Shown piece by piece: positions 39,162 to 49,052 of a stretch of 64,000 nt of DNA. The notes under the pieces are model-generated. The model was not told the DNA's origin. It was given only the letters and a program-made list of their open reading frames with translations, and made no database searches. A program made the position numbers and the translations under genes. Numbering within the stretch: the stretch's first letter is position 1; every line of letters begins with the position of its first letter. Where the stretch lies: NCBI RefSeq assembly GCF_010367435.1, contig NZ_WJWY01000005.1:1-64000 (forward strand), read 5' to 3'. This DNA comes from Fusobacterium sp. IOR10 (GTDB lineage Bacteria > Fusobacteriota > Fusobacteriia > Fusobacteriales > Fusobacteriaceae).

Positions 39162-39803
39162 CTAAAATTCTTTCCCACCTGTTACTTTCTTATCTTGATC
39201 ATTTTCATATAGTCCTTTAATTGCAGCTTCTAACCCTCTAACCACAGTGTTTAAATCCATAGATGGTGTATCTTTTTTATCTAATACTTGTTCTAAAATA
39301 AATGGAACATGAATGAATCCACCTTTTTTTACTAGGGAAGATTTTTCTATATTGTATAGTAACCCATACATTACATGATTACATACAAATGTCCCTGCTG
39401 TATTTGAAATTGAAGCTGGTATATTATTTTTTTTAATTTCTTCAACCATTGCCTTTATTGGAAGACTTGCAAAATATGCATTTTTTCCACCAGGATATAC
39501 AGGTTCATCTATTGGTTGATTTCCTTTGTTATCCTTTATTCTAGCATCGTCTAAATTAATTGCAACTCTTTCAACTGTTATATCGTATCTTCCCCCTGCT
39601 TGTCCAACACATAGAACAACATCTGGTTTATATTCCTTTATTCCTTCTAAAACCTTATTTATAGATTCTTTAAAAACTGTAGGAATTTGAAGTTTTATAA
39701 CTTCCACACCTTCTATTTTTGATGGTAAAAGTTTTACTGCCTCCCAAGCTGGGTTTATTTTTTCATTTCCAAATGGATCAAATCCTGTAATAAGTAATTT
39801 CAT
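39162..39803 (-). CDS. pcp: Pyroglutamyl-peptidase I (pyrrolidone-carboxylate peptidase)
   Basis: 213 aa; MKLLITGFDPFGNEKINPAWEAV..., catalytic region ...GTFVCNHVMY.... Confidence 0.9.
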   Translation of the reverse strand: MKLLITGFDPFGNEKINPAWEAVKLLPSKIEGVEVIKLQIPTVFKESINKVLEGIKEYKPDVVLCVGQAGGRYDITVERVAINLDDARIKDNKGNQPIDEPVYPGGKNAYFASLPIKAMVEEIKKNNIPASISNTAGTFVCNHVMYGLLYNIEKSSLVKKGGFIHVPFILEQVLDKKDTPSMDLNTVVRGLEAAIKGLYENDQDKKVTGGKEF

Positions 39804-39812
39804 TTTTCCTCC

Positions 39813-40727
39813 TTAAAATGCCCAAAAATACATAAGTACAATGTGAATAAACAATAGAGCTATTGCAACTGGTGCCTGTGCTATTATAACTCCATTTTTA
39901 TTTTTCATTTCCATAATTGCTGTAGGAACTATATTAAAATTAGCTCCCATTGGTGTTAATAATGTTCCACAATATCCTGCTGTAAGACCTAGGGAACCTG
40001 CAATTGCTGGATTTGCCCCTTGGGAAAAAACAAATGGCAATCCTATACCTGCTGTAATAACAGCAAAGGCAGCAAAGGCATTTCCCATAATCATAGTAAA
40101 TACAGCCATTCCAACGCAATAAATTATAACCCCTGCTAGAATATTCCCCTCAGGAACTATTGAGCTCATTAAATTAGCTATAACCTCTCCAACACCTGAT
40201 AGGGTAAACAATGCTCCAAGGGCAGCTAAAAGTTGTGGAAGTATTGTTGATGGACCCATTTGTTGTAACATTCTAGAACTTTCATAACCTAAATATTTTG
40301 GATGTTCCTTTGTAACTACCAAGGAAAGAATCAAAGCCACTAGAGATCCTACTCCTAGTCCAACTAATCCACCTAAACTAGTAAACTGAGCAACAGCAAA
40401 GGCACTTACCCCAATTGATAAAGCTGGAATAAACAACCTATTTCCTATAATTTCACTTTTTTTAGCTCTATATTCACTGGTAGAATTTTCTTGAGATCCA
40501 ACTCCTACCTTATTAAAAACTGTTAATAATCCCATAAGTATTAGTAACAACCCAACAATATAAGAGGGAATCATTTTTCCTACAATGAAAATAAATCCAA
40601 ATATAATCCAAAATGCCCCTGTACCAAATTTCTTTTTATGCTCTTTATCAGCTAGGGCATAGGCCCCTGCACATATTGCCACTAAACCTGTTAATATATA
40701 CATAATTTCAAGAATTGTATTTTTCAT
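39813..40727 (-). CDS. DUF979-family membrane protein (pcp-associated)
   Basis: 304 aa polytopic protein, 10 bp upstream of pcp on the same strand. Confidence 0.55.
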   Translation of the reverse strand: MKNTILEIMYILTGLVAICAGAYALADKEHKKKFGTGAFWIIFGFIFIVGKMIPSYIVGLLLILMGLLTVFNKVGVGSQENSTSEYRAKKSEIIGNRLFIPALSIGVSAFAVAQFTSLGGLVGLGVGSLVALILSLVVTKEHPKYLGYESSRMLQQMGPSTILPQLLAALGALFTLSGVGEVIANLMSSIVPEGNILAGVIIYCVGMAVFTMIMGNAFAAFAVITAGIGLPFVFSQGANPAIAGSLGLTAGYCGTLLTPMGANFNIVPTAIMEMKNKNGVIIAQAPVAIALLFIHIVLMYFWAF

Positions 40728-40730
40728 ATT

Positions 40731-41417
40731 TTATCCTCCAATTTCAACTTTTTTTTCTCTCTTAGCTAATTTTTTTTCTAAAAAATGATTTTGTATTGCA
40801 GAAAAAATAACTGCCAATATACTAATTGGAATAGCTGCCTTGGAAACTGCATAGGGTGCTACTTTTATTCCTAATTCTTGAAGAGTTCCAACTATTAACA
40901 ATACCCCTGCACTGGCTACAAATACATTTTGTCCAAAAAAGTTTCCATAATTTTCTATAGCACAGGCAACACCTTTAATTTCTTCTTTTTCATTTTGAGA
41001 TAATTCTCCATGCTTCTTTTCCCCAGCTCCTATGGCCATTGGATAAACAAGTGGTCTTATAAACTGTATATGTCCTCCTAACCTAAGGGATAATACTGCT
41101 AAAAATGTTCTTATAATCATATATGAACTTAGAACTTTCCCACATGTTACAGAGTGCAATTTCCCAATACATTTAGAAGCTTGTTCCTTTAGTCCATTTC
41201 TTTCTAATATTCCTATAACTGCAAGGGTTAAAAGAAATACTGTCATATACCTTGTTTTAACAAAGGCATCTCCAAGTGTTGATAAAATATCAATAAAATC
41301 AATTCCAGAAACTAAACCTGTAGCAATTCCAGCAACAATAACAACAGCTATTGTGTCCAATTTTAATAGGAATCCTATAATTATAATAATAACTCCTATA
41401 AGTTTTAATGTGACCAT
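40731..41417 (-). CDS. DUF969-family membrane protein (pcp-associated)
   Basis: 228 aa membrane protein, first gene of the DUF969-DUF979-pcp triplet. Confidence 0.55.
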   Translation of the reverse strand: MVTLKLIGVIIIIIGFLLKLDTIAVVIVAGIATGLVSGIDFIDILSTLGDAFVKTRYMTVFLLTLAVIGILERNGLKEQASKCIGKLHSVTCGKVLSSYMIIRTFLAVLSLRLGGHIQFIRPLVYPMAIGAGEKKHGELSQNEKEEIKGVACAIENYGNFFGQNVFVASAGVLLIVGTLQELGIKVAPYAVSKAAIPISILAVIFSAIQNHFLEKKLAKREKKVEIGG

Positions 41418-41589
41418 AAGTTAATCCCCCCCTTTTTTTAAAAACAAAATCTTACTTTTCGTGTCCTTATCATACAATATTTTCTAAAAAAGTTTTGTAA
41501 TATATTTTACATTTAAAGAAATATTATTTACCAATGAAAAATCCCCCAGTAAAGAACTGGAGGATTTAAAATTTAATATTTTTTTGTTT

Positions 41590-42039
41590 TTATTCTAGAG
41601 AAATTAATTTTCCTGATATAACATCTGGGATATCCTTTAATCCTATAATTATTTCCTCTATGGGAATGTTTATATCAGAAATATCCAAAGAAATTATTAC
41701 TGAGGCAGAATCATTAATAGGCATATTTTGATTTATTGTAATAATATTTCCATTAACAACTGACAAATAATTTATAACATCTGATAAAACTCCCCTTTTA
41801 TGTTCTAACATTAATGAAACAAGGGCCTTTCTCCCTATTGTGCTTTTTGATGGTAAAAATATATAGTCCTTGTACTTATAATATGTACTTCTACTTATTC
41901 CAACCATTTTAACAACTTCACTAACATTTTTTATTTTTCCCTCTTCTAGTATTCTCCTAGCTTCTATAACCTTTTCATAATAATCTGGAAGTATTTTTTT
42001 ACTAACTATTAAATATTTATCCTTCATTTCCCCTCCCAC
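41590..42039 (-). CDS. UPF0735-family ACT-domain protein
   Basis: 149 aa; KDKYLIVSKKILPDYYEKVIEARRIL...VGISRSTYYKYKDYIF N-terminal HTH-like segment and a C-terminal ACT fold. Last gene after thrC-thrB. Confidence 0.6.
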   Translation of the reverse strand: MGGEMKDKYLIVSKKILPDYYEKVIEARRILEEGKIKNVSEVVKMVGISRSTYYKYKDYIFLPSKSTIGRKALVSLMLEHKRGVLSDVINYLSVVNGNIITINQNMPINDSASVIISLDISDINIPIEEIIIGLKDIPDVISGKLISLE

Positions 42040-42044
42040 ACATT

Positions 42045-42920
42045 TTATAAAACTAAAGCCCCGTGAAAATCAACTTCTAATTTTTTCACTGTCCAATTAT
42101 TTTTTAAATTGGACATTTCTTCTTTTAATTTAAGATTATTTGTATTATTATTTATTATTCCCATTAAAGTTGGACCTGCACCACTTATAAAAAATCCAAC
42201 TACTTTATTTTCTTCACATATTTTTTTAACTTCATCATATTCTCCTATTAAACTTTTTCTATAGGGCTCGTGAAGTTTATCCTCAAGGGCTATTTTTATT
42301 AAATCAACATCCCCATTTTCTAAGGATTTTAGTAAAACTGCTGTTCTAGAAACATTGTGCACTGCTTGAGTATATAATACAATATTTGGCAAAACTTTTC
42401 TAGCATCTTGTGTGGAAAGTTTAAAATCAGGTATAAAGGCACAAAATGATAGTTCCCTATCTATTTCATATTTTGTAAAATAGGGAATATTCTCATTAAC
42501 TAGGGAAGCTGTTAATCCACCAAATATCCCTGGACTAATATTATCAGGATGTCCCTCTATTTCATTTGAAATATTGAAAATTTCCATTTTAGAAAGACCA
42601 CTTTTTGATATTTCATTTGCTCCCATAACTCCACCTATTATACAAGAAGCACTACTTCCAAGACCTCTTGAAACTGGAATATTACTTTCTATTTTTATTC
42701 TTATTCCTGTTACATTGGCATTTAATTTTTCCAAAGTTTTCATAAAGGAAATATACACAAGATTTTCCTCATTTCTATATTCCTCATCACACCCTATAAT
42801 TTCAACTCCACTTGGTATTTCTTCAAAGGAAAAATATGAATATAGTTTAAAGGCTAAACCTAGGGAATCAAATCCTGGGCCAATATTTGCAGTAGTTGCT
42901 GGTACTCTTATTGTTATCAT
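42045..42920 (-). CDS. thrB: Homoserine kinase
   Basis: 291 aa GHMP kinase; MITIRVPATTANIGPGFDSLGLA and the Gly-rich ATP loop GLGSSAS. Confidence 0.9.
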   Translation of the reverse strand: MITIRVPATTANIGPGFDSLGLAFKLYSYFSFEEIPSGVEIIGCDEEYRNEENLVYISFMKTLEKLNANVTGIRIKIESNIPVSRGLGSSASCIIGGVMGANEISKSGLSKMEIFNISNEIEGHPDNISPGIFGGLTASLVNENIPYFTKYEIDRELSFCAFIPDFKLSTQDARKVLPNIVLYTQAVHNVSRTAVLLKSLENGDVDLIKIALEDKLHEPYRKSLIGEYDEVKKICEENKVVGFFISGAGPTLMGIINNNTNNLKLKEEMSNLKNNWTVKKLEVDFHGALVL

Positions 42921-44398
42921 AATATCACCTTAAAAGTATCTTTTATTTTATCCTTATCTATTACACCAGTGTGAATATCTTTTTTATTTTTTAAATTTTT
43001 TAGATTCTTTGGAATTTCAACCTTTGTTTTCTCATGTAAATCTTCCATTATTTGAAACTCATCTACATCTTTAGTTTCTTCATCTTTAAAAATAGAATTA
43101 TACACAGACTTACTAAATTTATAAGGGCTTGCTGTTGCTAAAACCACATTCTTACATCCCTTTTCTCTATTTTTCTCCATTACATTAAAGGCAACTCCTG
43201 TATGGGGATCTAAAACATAGGAATATTTTTCATATATCTTTCTTATTTCTTCCTCTGTTTCCTCATCTGTTGAATATCCCCCTTGGAAAATTTCTCCAAT
43301 GCTCTTTTTCATATTTTCACTTATTTCATATTTCCCATTTTCCTTTAACTCTTTCATTAGAGAATTTACATATGCATTGTCATTTCCACTTATGTGATAA
43401 AGTAATCTTTCTAAATTACTTGAAATTAATATGTCCATTGAAGGGGAAATAGTTTTGTAAAAATCTCTATTTTTGTCATAAACCCCTGTTTTTAAAAAGT
43501 CACAAAGAACATTATTTTCATTGGATGCACAAATTAATTTATTTATAGGAAGTCCTAATAGTTTTGCGTAATATCCAGCTAATATATCTCCAAAATTTCC
43601 TGTGGGAACAGTGAAATTAATTTTTTCCCCAAGGGATATTTCATTTAAACTTACAAGTTTCATATAAGAATAGAAATAATATACCATTTGAGGTACAAGT
43701 CTTCCAATGTTTATGGAATTAGCTGAAGATAATCTAACATTTCTTTTTAATAATTCTTCCTTAGTATCATTATCTGTGAATATTTTTTTCACTTGGCTTT
43801 GAGCATCGTCAAAATTTCCACCTATAGCATAAACATAAGTATTTTCACCCTCTTGAGACCTCATTTGTTTTTCTTGAATTTTACTTACACCTTTGTTTGG
43901 GTATATTACTAATATTTTTATTCCCGGAACATCCTTAAATCCTTCCAGTGCTGCCTTCCCTGTATCCCCTGAAGTGGCAGTTAGAATAAGAATCTCTTCC
44001 TTTATATTATTTTTTTCCAAGGATTTTTTTAGTAAATGAGGTAATATTGAAAGGGCTATATCTTTAAAGGCTGAAGTTGGACCATGGAATAATTCCAGAA
44101 CAAAGTCATCTCCAACTTTTTTTATTGGAGTAATTTCATCATTTGAAAATTTACTGTCATAGGCTTTCTCAACTAGTTCATCTATTTCATCTGTTGTATA
44201 GTCATCTAGCATTAGGGATAAAATTTTCTTTCCCATATAAAGATAAGATTTACCAACTAAATCCTTTAAATCTATCTTTAAAGAATCCATATCATTTCTA
44301 ACAAATAATCCACCATCTAGAGCTATGCCCTTTGCCACTGCTTCAGAAGCCAGGCATTTTATTTTCTTATTTCTTGTACTCTCATAATTATATTTCAT
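42917..44398 (-). CDS. thrC: Threonine synthase (long form)
   Basis: The track starts at 44455, but the conserved ThrC N-terminus MKYNYESTRN begins at the internal Met at 44398. PLP-fold motifs follow (...HGPTSAFKD...). Confidence 0.85.
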   Translation of the reverse strand: MKYNYESTRNKKIKCLASEAVAKGIALDGGLFVRNDMDSLKIDLKDLVGKSYLYMGKKILSLMLDDYTTDEIDELVEKAYDSKFSNDEITPIKKVGDDFVLELFHGPTSAFKDIALSILPHLLKKSLEKNNIKEEILILTATSGDTGKAALEGFKDVPGIKILVIYPNKGVSKIQEKQMRSQEGENTYVYAIGGNFDDAQSQVKKIFTDNDTKEELLKRNVRLSSANSINIGRLVPQMVYYFYSYMKLVSLNEISLGEKINFTVPTGNFGDILAGYYAKLLGLPINKLICASNENNVLCDFLKTGVYDKNRDFYKTISPSMDILISSNLERLLYHISGNDNAYVNSLMKELKENGKYEISENMKKSIGEIFQGGYSTDEETEEEIRKIYEKYSYVLDPHTGVAFNVMEKNREKGCKNVVLATASPYKFSKSVYNSIFKDEETKDVDEFQIMEDLHEKTKVEIPKNLKNLKNKKDIHTGVIDKDKIKDTFKVIL

Positions 44399-44524
44399 AA
44401 ATTCCCTCCAAAGTATATTGCATTTAGTTACTTGCCATGATATAATGTTTTTCACATAAATACAAGTGTTTTTATTGAAAAAACATAAATTTATTAAAAT
44501 TTTAGGGACAAAGGGAGAATACTT

Positions 44525-45847
44525 ATGATAAAAGTTGCAAAATTTGGTGGCTCTTCTCTAGCTGACGCCAATCAGTTTAAAAAAGTCAAAGATATTATAT
44601 TAAGGGACAGCAGTATAGTTATAACTGTTGCATCTGCACCTGGGAAAAGATTTTCAGAGGACAATAAAATAACCGACTTACTATATCTTTCCTATGCCCA
44701 TTTAAAATATTCTGTGGAATATACAAAAATGTTTGTCCATATTGAGGATAGATATGCTAAAATAAAAAAAGAATTAAATTTAAAGTTGAATTTAGGAAAA
44801 GAATTTGATAAAATTAAATCTAAAATGAAGAAGGGAATGAACAAGGATTATTTAATAAGTAGAGGTGAGTATTTAAATGCTAAACTTCTTGCTGAATACC
44901 TTGGTTATACTTTTATAGATGCAAAGGATATTATATTTTTTAATTTTAATGGAAATATTAATATTGAAAAGACAACTAGGGCAATTGAAGAAGTATTTAA
45001 ATGTAATTCAAAGATAATAGTACCTGGTTTCTATGGATCCCTTCCAAATGGGGAAATTAAAGTATTTTCAAGGGGAGGATCTGATATTACAGGTTCCATT
45101 ATTTCCCGTGCTATAAATGCCAGTGTCTATGAAAACTGGACTGATGTATCTGGAATATTAATGGCTGATCCTAGAATAGTTGATCAACCTAAAAAAATAG
45201 ATTTTATTACATATAACGAGCTTAGGGAGCTTTCATATATGGGAGCTAATGTACTTCATACTAATGCTGTTGCCCCTGTTAAAGAGGCTAATATCCCAAT
45301 AAATATAAGAAATACCAATGAACCTGATAACCCTGGAACTATGATTGTAAACAATAATTATGAGATTTTAGAAGAGCATAGTATTTCTCCAATTACTGGT
45401 ATTGCAGGGAAAAAAGATTTTTCAATACTTTCAATATATAAGTATCCTATGAGTGAAGAACCTAATTCACTTTTAAATATACTAGAGGTATTAAAAAAAT
45501 ACAAAATAAATATTGAGCATATTTCATCTGGAATTGATAATTTCTCATTAATATTATCCAGTGAACACTTGGAAAAATATTTGTATGAAATAATTGCAGA
45601 CACAAAAAAATTATGTAATTCAATTGAAATTAAAGTAGTTAGAGATATAAGTCTTATTGCTATAGTTGGAAGAAATATGGTTCATAAACCTGGCACTTCT
45701 GGAAAGCTTTTTGCAGCTATGGGAAATAATGGTGTAAATATTAGGGTTATATCCCAAAGTTCAGATGAATTAAACATAATTATTGGAGTGGCAAATGAAA
45801 ATTTTGAAAAATGTATTAACGTAATTTATAATAATTTTATTGTATAA
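44525..45847 (+). CDS. lysC: Aspartate kinase with tandem C-terminal ACT domains
   Basis: 440 aa; MIKVAKFGGSSLADA N-terminus typical of aspartokinase. Confidence 0.85.
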   Translation: MIKVAKFGGSSLADANQFKKVKDIILRDSSIVITVASAPGKRFSEDNKITDLLYLSYAHLKYSVEYTKMFVHIEDRYAKIKKELNLKLNLGKEFDKIKSKMKKGMNKDYLISRGEYLNAKLLAEYLGYTFIDAKDIIFFNFNGNINIEKTTRAIEEVFKCNSKIIVPGFYGSLPNGEIKVFSRGGSDITGSIISRAINASVYENWTDVSGILMADPRIVDQPKKIDFITYNELRELSYMGANVLHTNAVAPVKEANIPINIRNTNEPDNPGTMIVNNNYEILEEHSISPITGIAGKKDFSILSIYKYPMSEEPNSLLNILEVLKKYKINIEHISSGIDNFSLILSSEHLEKYLYEIIADTKKLCNSIEIKVVRDISLIAIVGRNMVHKPGTSGKLFAAMGNNGVNIRVISQSSDELNIIIGVANENFEKCINVIYNNFIV

Positions 45848-45859
45848 AAGGAGATAAGA

Positions 45860-46876
45860 ATGAAAAAATATAACGTTGGAATACTTGGAGCTACTGGGGC
45901 AGTTGGACAAGAAATGATAAAACTGCTAGAGGAAAGAAATTTTCCCATTAATGAAATTAGATTTTTTGCAAGTGCTAGAAGTGTAGATAAGAAGATTCAA
46001 TTTAATGGTAAGGAATATAAAGTTGAAGAGGCTAAAAAGGGAGTATTTAAAAACATTGATATATTACTTGGAGCTTCTCCAAATGAACTAGCAATTGAAC
46101 TTATACCTTCAGCAATTGAACAAGGATGTGTTGTAGTTGACAACAGTAGTGCCTTTAGATTAGATGAAGATGTTCCTTTAGTTGTTCCTGAGGTTAATCC
46201 TGAAGCTGTTAAAAATCACAAGGGTCTTATTGCAAACCCAAATTGTGCTACTATTATTGGATTAGTTGCAATTAATAAATTAAATGCACACCACAAAATA
46301 AAAAGAGTTATAGTTTCAACTTACCAAGCAGTATCAGGTGCTGGAGCTGGTGGAATAACAGAATTAGATGAACAAGTTAAAAATATTTCTCAAAATAAAG
46401 AGGTTACTCCTAAGGTTTTCTCTCATCAAATAGCCTATAACCTTATACCACAAATTGGAGGCTTCAATGATATGGGATACAGTTCTGAGGAAATGAAATT
46501 CCAAAATGAAGGTAGAAAAATATTAGAAAATAAAGAGTTAAAAGTTAACTGTACTTGTGTTAGAGTTCCTGTATACAGAAGTCATTCAGAATCTATTACC
46601 CTTGAATTCCATGATGATATTTCCATAGAAGAAGCTGAAGATATCTTGAAAAATTCTCCAGGCGTTAAATACATTAAAACAGAAAATAATGGAAGCCTAC
46701 CTATGCCTCTAGACACAAGTGATCAAGATTTAGTTTTCGTTGGAAGATTAAGACGTGATATGAGTAGAGATGACAATAAAGGTCTTTCTCTTTGGTGTTG
46801 TGGGGATCAAATAAGAAAAGGTGCTGCTACTAATGCAATTCAAATTGCAGAACTTGTAATTAAAAATAAAAACTAA
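45860..46876 (+). CDS. asd: Aspartate-semialdehyde dehydrogenase
   Basis: 338 aa; NAD(P) motif GILGATGAVGQE and active-site NPNCATI. Confidence 0.9.
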   Translation: MKKYNVGILGATGAVGQEMIKLLEERNFPINEIRFFASARSVDKKIQFNGKEYKVEEAKKGVFKNIDILLGASPNELAIELIPSAIEQGCVVVDNSSAFRLDEDVPLVVPEVNPEAVKNHKGLIANPNCATIIGLVAINKLNAHHKIKRVIVSTYQAVSGAGAGGITELDEQVKNISQNKEVTPKVFSHQIAYNLIPQIGGFNDMGYSSEEMKFQNEGRKILENKELKVNCTCVRVPVYRSHSESITLEFHDDISIEEAEDILKNSPGVKYIKTENNGSLPMPLDTSDQDLVFVGRLRRDMSRDDNKGLSLWCCGDQIRKGAATNAIQIAELVIKNKN

Positions 46877-46887
46877 TACAATACAGT

Positions 46888-46918
46888 AAAAGAGTCAATT
46901 TAAAAAATTGACTCTTTT
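46888..46918. terminator. Bidirectional Rho-independent terminator
   Basis: aaaagagtcaatt-taaaa-aattgactctttt between convergent asd and cutC genes. Confidence 0.6.
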
Positions 46919-46920
46919 TA

Positions 46921-47529
46921 TTATACTATTTTTCTTCCATGATACTCTGAAGATTTTATCTTACTTGCTACCTCTTGTAAATTATCCTTTGTTATCCTAC
47001 CTGCAACAATTATAGGAATATCCTTACCTGCTTCTTGTATCATCTTATTAAAAAGATCCTTTCCAAGTAAAGCTGTTTCTTCCTTTCCATAGGATAATAT
47101 CCTAGTTACTCCAACTGCTTTTAATTTTTTAATTTCTTTTACTGGGTCTTCTAACTCATCTATAGCATTACTAAAAGTAACTTCCATAGGTAGAGCTAAA
47201 TCTATAAACTCTTGTAATGTATCATAATCAATTTTATTTTCATTTGTTAAAAAACCTATTACTATTCCATCTACTCCAGCTGCTTTACAAAGTTTTACAT
47301 CTTCCTTCATAATTTCTATTTCATAGGATGAATATACATAGTCACCTATCCTTGGTCTAATTAACGCAAAAATTGGAACCTTTAATGAATCAACACATTT
47401 CTTTATAATACCATAAGATGCTGTTGTTCCCCCTTCTTTTACTTTATCACAAAGTTCTATCCTATCTGCCCCTCTTTGTTCTGCCAACTTTGCCTCTAAA
47501 AAAGAGCCTGCATAAACTTCTTTTATCAT
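46921..47529 (-). CDS. cutC: Copper homeostasis protein CutC
   Basis: 202 aa TIM-barrel; MIKEVYAGSFLEAKLAEQRGADRIELCD N-terminus typical of CutC. Confidence 0.75.
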   Translation of the reverse strand: MIKEVYAGSFLEAKLAEQRGADRIELCDKVKEGGTTASYGIIKKCVDSLKVPIFALIRPRIGDYVYSSYEIEIMKEDVKLCKAAGVDGIVIGFLTNENKIDYDTLQEFIDLALPMEVTFSNAIDELEDPVKEIKKLKAVGVTRILSYGKEETALLGKDLFNKMIQEAGKDIPIIVAGRITKDNLQEVASKIKSSEYHGRKIV

Positions 47530-47643
47530 TGCATTCCCTCCTATCTATATATGTCATAAATATAATTGCTTACTTCTATTTTACATTATAAATGATAAAT
47601 TAGCAATTTTTTTCAACAAAAAAAAGATAAACTCTTAATATTA

Positions 47644-48186
47644 TTAAGAGTTTATCTTTTTATTATCTATTAAATATCCCTTTTTTTCAAGTTCTTCACA
47701 AATTAGATCCAAGGTGTATTCGTCCTTTGCTCTTATTGTATGGGAATGTTTCCCAAAGGTTAAATTTTTAAGGGGTTTTGCTTCACCTGAATTTATTTTT
47801 TTCAAAAATTCTTTAATTTCTCTTCTATTGCTTATATTTAATTTTGCTTCTAAATGTCCATATATTTTATGATCAATAAAAACATTTTCAACCATTCCAC
47901 CTATATCCACTATTGTATTTAATTCGTCTTCAATTTCAGTATCTGTATGAAATACATTTATCACTCTCTCTGATATATCTAAAGTTAAACTGGTAATTAA
48001 ATAACCTCTAGAAGTTGAAATAATTTCATAATCCAAAGCTCTTAAAAGAGCAATATCTTGAACAATTATCTGTCTACTCACTCCTAAAACCTTTGATAAA
48101 TAAGTTCCTGATAAGGGTTTTTGTGAATCTTTTATTAACTCTACTATTTTCTCACGTCTTTCATTTCCAATCATAATATCTCCCAA
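47644..48186 (-). CDS. niaR: NiaR/YrxA-type transcriptional repressor of NAD biosynthesis (HTH + 3H domain)
   Basis: 180 aa; N-terminal HTH_11 (...PLSGTYLSKVLGVSRQIIVQDIALLRA...) plus 3H domain. Last gene of the nad operon; its stop lies inside a terminator hairpin at 47624-47658. Confidence 0.7.
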   Translation of the reverse strand: MGDIMIGNERREKIVELIKDSQKPLSGTYLSKVLGVSRQIIVQDIALLRALDYEIISTSRGYLITSLTLDISERVINVFHTDTEIEDELNTIVDIGGMVENVFIDHKIYGHLEAKLNISNRREIKEFLKKINSGEAKPLKNLTFGKHSHTIRAKDEYTLDLICEELEKKGYLIDNKKINS

Positions 48187-48199
48187 CCTTTAATATATA

Positions 48200-49051
48200 T
48201 TACAATTTCTGAAGATTTTTTAAGGAAATATCCAATATAGGAGCTGAATGAGTTATTGCTCCACTTGAAACAAAATCAACACCACATTTGGATATTTTAA
48301 GTATATTCTCCCTTGTAATATTTCCTGAACACTCTGTTTTACAACGACCACCTATAATTTCAACAGCTTTTTTCATTGTAAATTCATCCATATTATCAAG
48401 CATAATAATGTCAGCTTTAGCTTCAATTGCCTCTTCTACCATTTGCAAATTTTCAACTTCCACTTCTATTTTTTTCACAAAGGAAACATATGCTCTTGCC
48501 ATTTCAACTGCTGATTTTATACTTCCTGCAACTGCAATATGATTGTCCTTTATTAATACCCCGTCAGATAGATTATATCGATGATTGTATCCACCTCCCA
48601 CCTTAACAGCATACTTTTCAAAAATCCTCATATTTGGAGTTGTCTTCCTTGTATCAAGTAATTTAATACTTGTTCCTTTTAACAATTGTACCACATCATT
48701 TGTATAAGTTGCAATACCACTCATATGTTGTAAATAATTTAAAGCCACCCTTTCCCCTGAAAGAATAACCCTTAAATCCCCTGTAATCTCACATATTATT
48801 TGACCCTTTTGTAATTTATCCCCGTCTTTAAAATTAACTTTAAACTCTATATTTTCATCTAATAATTTAAATACTCTTTTAAATATTTCTATTCCAGCTA
48901 AAATTCCATCTTCCTTTGCAATTAAATGTCCTCTTCCTAGAATATTGTCCTTTATTATTGAATTTGTAGTTATGTCCTCTGAAGATATATCTTCCCTTAA
49001 AGCAAGTAAAATAAGGTTGTCCACATTTAAATTTTCTGTAATTATATCCAT
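48200..49051 (-). CDS. nadC: Nicotinate-nucleotide pyrophosphorylase (carboxylating)
   Basis: 283 aa QPRTase; ...LLDTRKTTPNMR...IMLDNM... motifs. Confidence 0.85.
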   Translation of the reverse strand: MDIITENLNVDNLILLALREDISSEDITTNSIIKDNILGRGHLIAKEDGILAGIEIFKRVFKLLDENIEFKVNFKDGDKLQKGQIICEITGDLRVILSGERVALNYLQHMSGIATYTNDVVQLLKGTSIKLLDTRKTTPNMRIFEKYAVKVGGGYNHRYNLSDGVLIKDNHIAVAGSIKSAVEMARAYVSFVKKIEVEVENLQMVEEAIEAKADIIMLDNMDEFTMKKAVEIIGGRCKTECSGNITRENILKISKCGVDFVSSGAITHSAPILDISLKNLQKL

Positions 49052-49052
49052 A

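Noticed and set aside
44399-44524. Lysine riboswitch (L-box) expected upstream of lysC
   Set aside because: The intergenic space is only about 125 bp and lacks the conserved L-box helices, so there is too little room for an approximately 180-nt aptamer. Regulation here is presumably via the ACT domains only.
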